A stretch of DNA of 63,083 bases, the filler included, from Folioceros fuciformis (lineage: Eukaryota): NCBI GenBank assembly GCA_049999805.1. It is 25 parts of 25 records of this genome, joined end to end, with 100 filler letters (N's around TTAATTAATTAA, not from the genome) between each part and the next. Parts side by side here need not be neighbours in the genome. Positions count along the whole stretch, not along the records: positions 61,633 to 63,083 come from JBNGIO010000697.1; 24 more parts are not named here. One strand, written 5' to 3'. Of the stretch, positions 62,002 through 63,083 are shown piece after piece. Each line of letters begins with the position of its first letter. Positions within the stretch are counted from its first letter, which is position 1. A program made the translations under genes and the position numbers. The notes under the pieces are model-generated. The model was not told the origin of the DNA. It was given only the letters and a program-made list of their open reading frames with translations, and searched no databases.

Positions 62002-62289
62002 GCTTCAAAATCGATCCAAATCAACCAAAAGGCTAGTTTGAAATTGGTCGAAATGAAATGTAGACTCTACAGGTTACCCTCACAACTTCTTCCGAATCGT
62101 ATGTCCACAACTTGGGCCTCTATCGCTCATAACAAGAATGTCCTCCTACGTCTGATCGAGATCCTGACTTCCTCAGCCGGGGTCAATACAGCGCCCACAC
62201 TCTCGCTCCCGGCATCTGCGATTTGTTCACTTTCCGGCGCTCGTCAATCGGGTCCTCGCTTCACTAGCACGCTCGTTTCGCGCGTAACA

Positions 62290-62523
62290 GGCACCCACGT
62301 GGTGCCCGATGGCGCCTAGGTGGCGCAGAGGTGGTGCCCGCGTGGTGCCTAAGTGGCGCCGGGTGGCGCCTGCGTGGCACCCTGATGGCGCCCAGTGGAG
62401 CCCACGTGGCGCTTGGGTGGCGCCCGTATGGCGCTGGTGTGGCGTACGGTGGCGCCCAAGTGGCTCTCACATGGCGCCTAGGTGGCGCCTGCATAGCGTC
62501 GAGGTGGCACCTGCGTGGCGCCC
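62290..62523. repeat. ~10-11-bp minisatellite (core GTGGCGCC, ~20 units) in the copia 5' UTR
   Basis: Visible degenerate tandem units. Confidence 0.85.
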
Positions 62524-62568
62524 CTCCCCCTCCTAGATAGCCATCTTCATGGTCTTGCTCCACAACCT

Positions 62569-62999
62569 GCTCTGATACCACTTGTAGGAGCACTAGAGGA
62601 GCATGGTGGAGGAGAGGAGAAGAGGAGGCAGAGAGGAGAGGAGAAAAAGAGGTCACATTAAGAGTAGCTGGCAAGGGAGCTCAATGGGGTATTTATACCC
62701 TCTAGAAAAGCTCCCTAGGAAGCTTCACAAGAAGCTCACAGGAAGCTGCGCAAGAAGCTTCCTACAGATTAGCTTAAGTTAATCTAAACTAATTATACTT
62801 AACTAAACACTAATCTTAGACTAAACACATTAGTCTAAGCACATTAACTAGACACTAATCTTAGACTAAACACATTAGTCTAAGCACATTAACTAGACAC
62901 TAATCTTAGACTAAACACATTAGTCTAATCACATTAACTAGACACTAATCTTAGACTAAACACATTAGCCTAAGCACATTGGGCTTTAATTACCCTACA
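62569..62999 (-). mobile_element. Copia family A PBS (62569-62580) + 5' LTR (62583-62999) with a 46-bp unit x4
   Basis: GCTCTGATACCA; TGTAGG..CCCTACA; tandem expansion in U3. Confidence 0.95.
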
Positions 63000-63083
63000 C
63001 TGCCCATTTTCTCCAATCCCGCTGCCATCTCCCCTTGCCACGGGCTGATCTAGCCCCTTCCCCTTCCAATTTCCCCTCCCATC

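Overview
This is not one locus. It is 25 short plant contigs (about 1-7 kb) joined by an artificial 100-bp spacer (N44-TTAATTAATTAA-N44), so adjacency across spacers means nothing. Most of the sequence is nested, mostly decayed retrotransposons. These include several Ty1/copia lineages (tRNA-iMet PBS, two recurrent short LTR families), Ty3/gypsy elements (chromovirus-type, a lineage with a PHD finger on the integrase, and long TGTGG..CCACA LTRs with an Athila-like tRNA-Asp PBS), an L1-like LINE end and a CRE-like fragment. Four host genes are recognisable: phytolongin, an AhpC/TSA-like peroxiredoxin-like protein, a signal peptide peptidase-like protease and a beta-expansin pseudogene. The TE mix suggests a non-seed land plant (inference). 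Best candidates for novelty: (1) five copies of an RNA three-way junction (CGAA / GU / CTTA junction, variable but paired stems) at 43532-44142 upstream of a gypsy PBS; (2) U5 boxes complementary to the 5' end and T-arm of the primer tRNA-Asp, shared by otherwise divergent LTRs; (3) the PHD-finger integrase; (4) a large unexplained TE-associated accessory protein present in two diverged copies.
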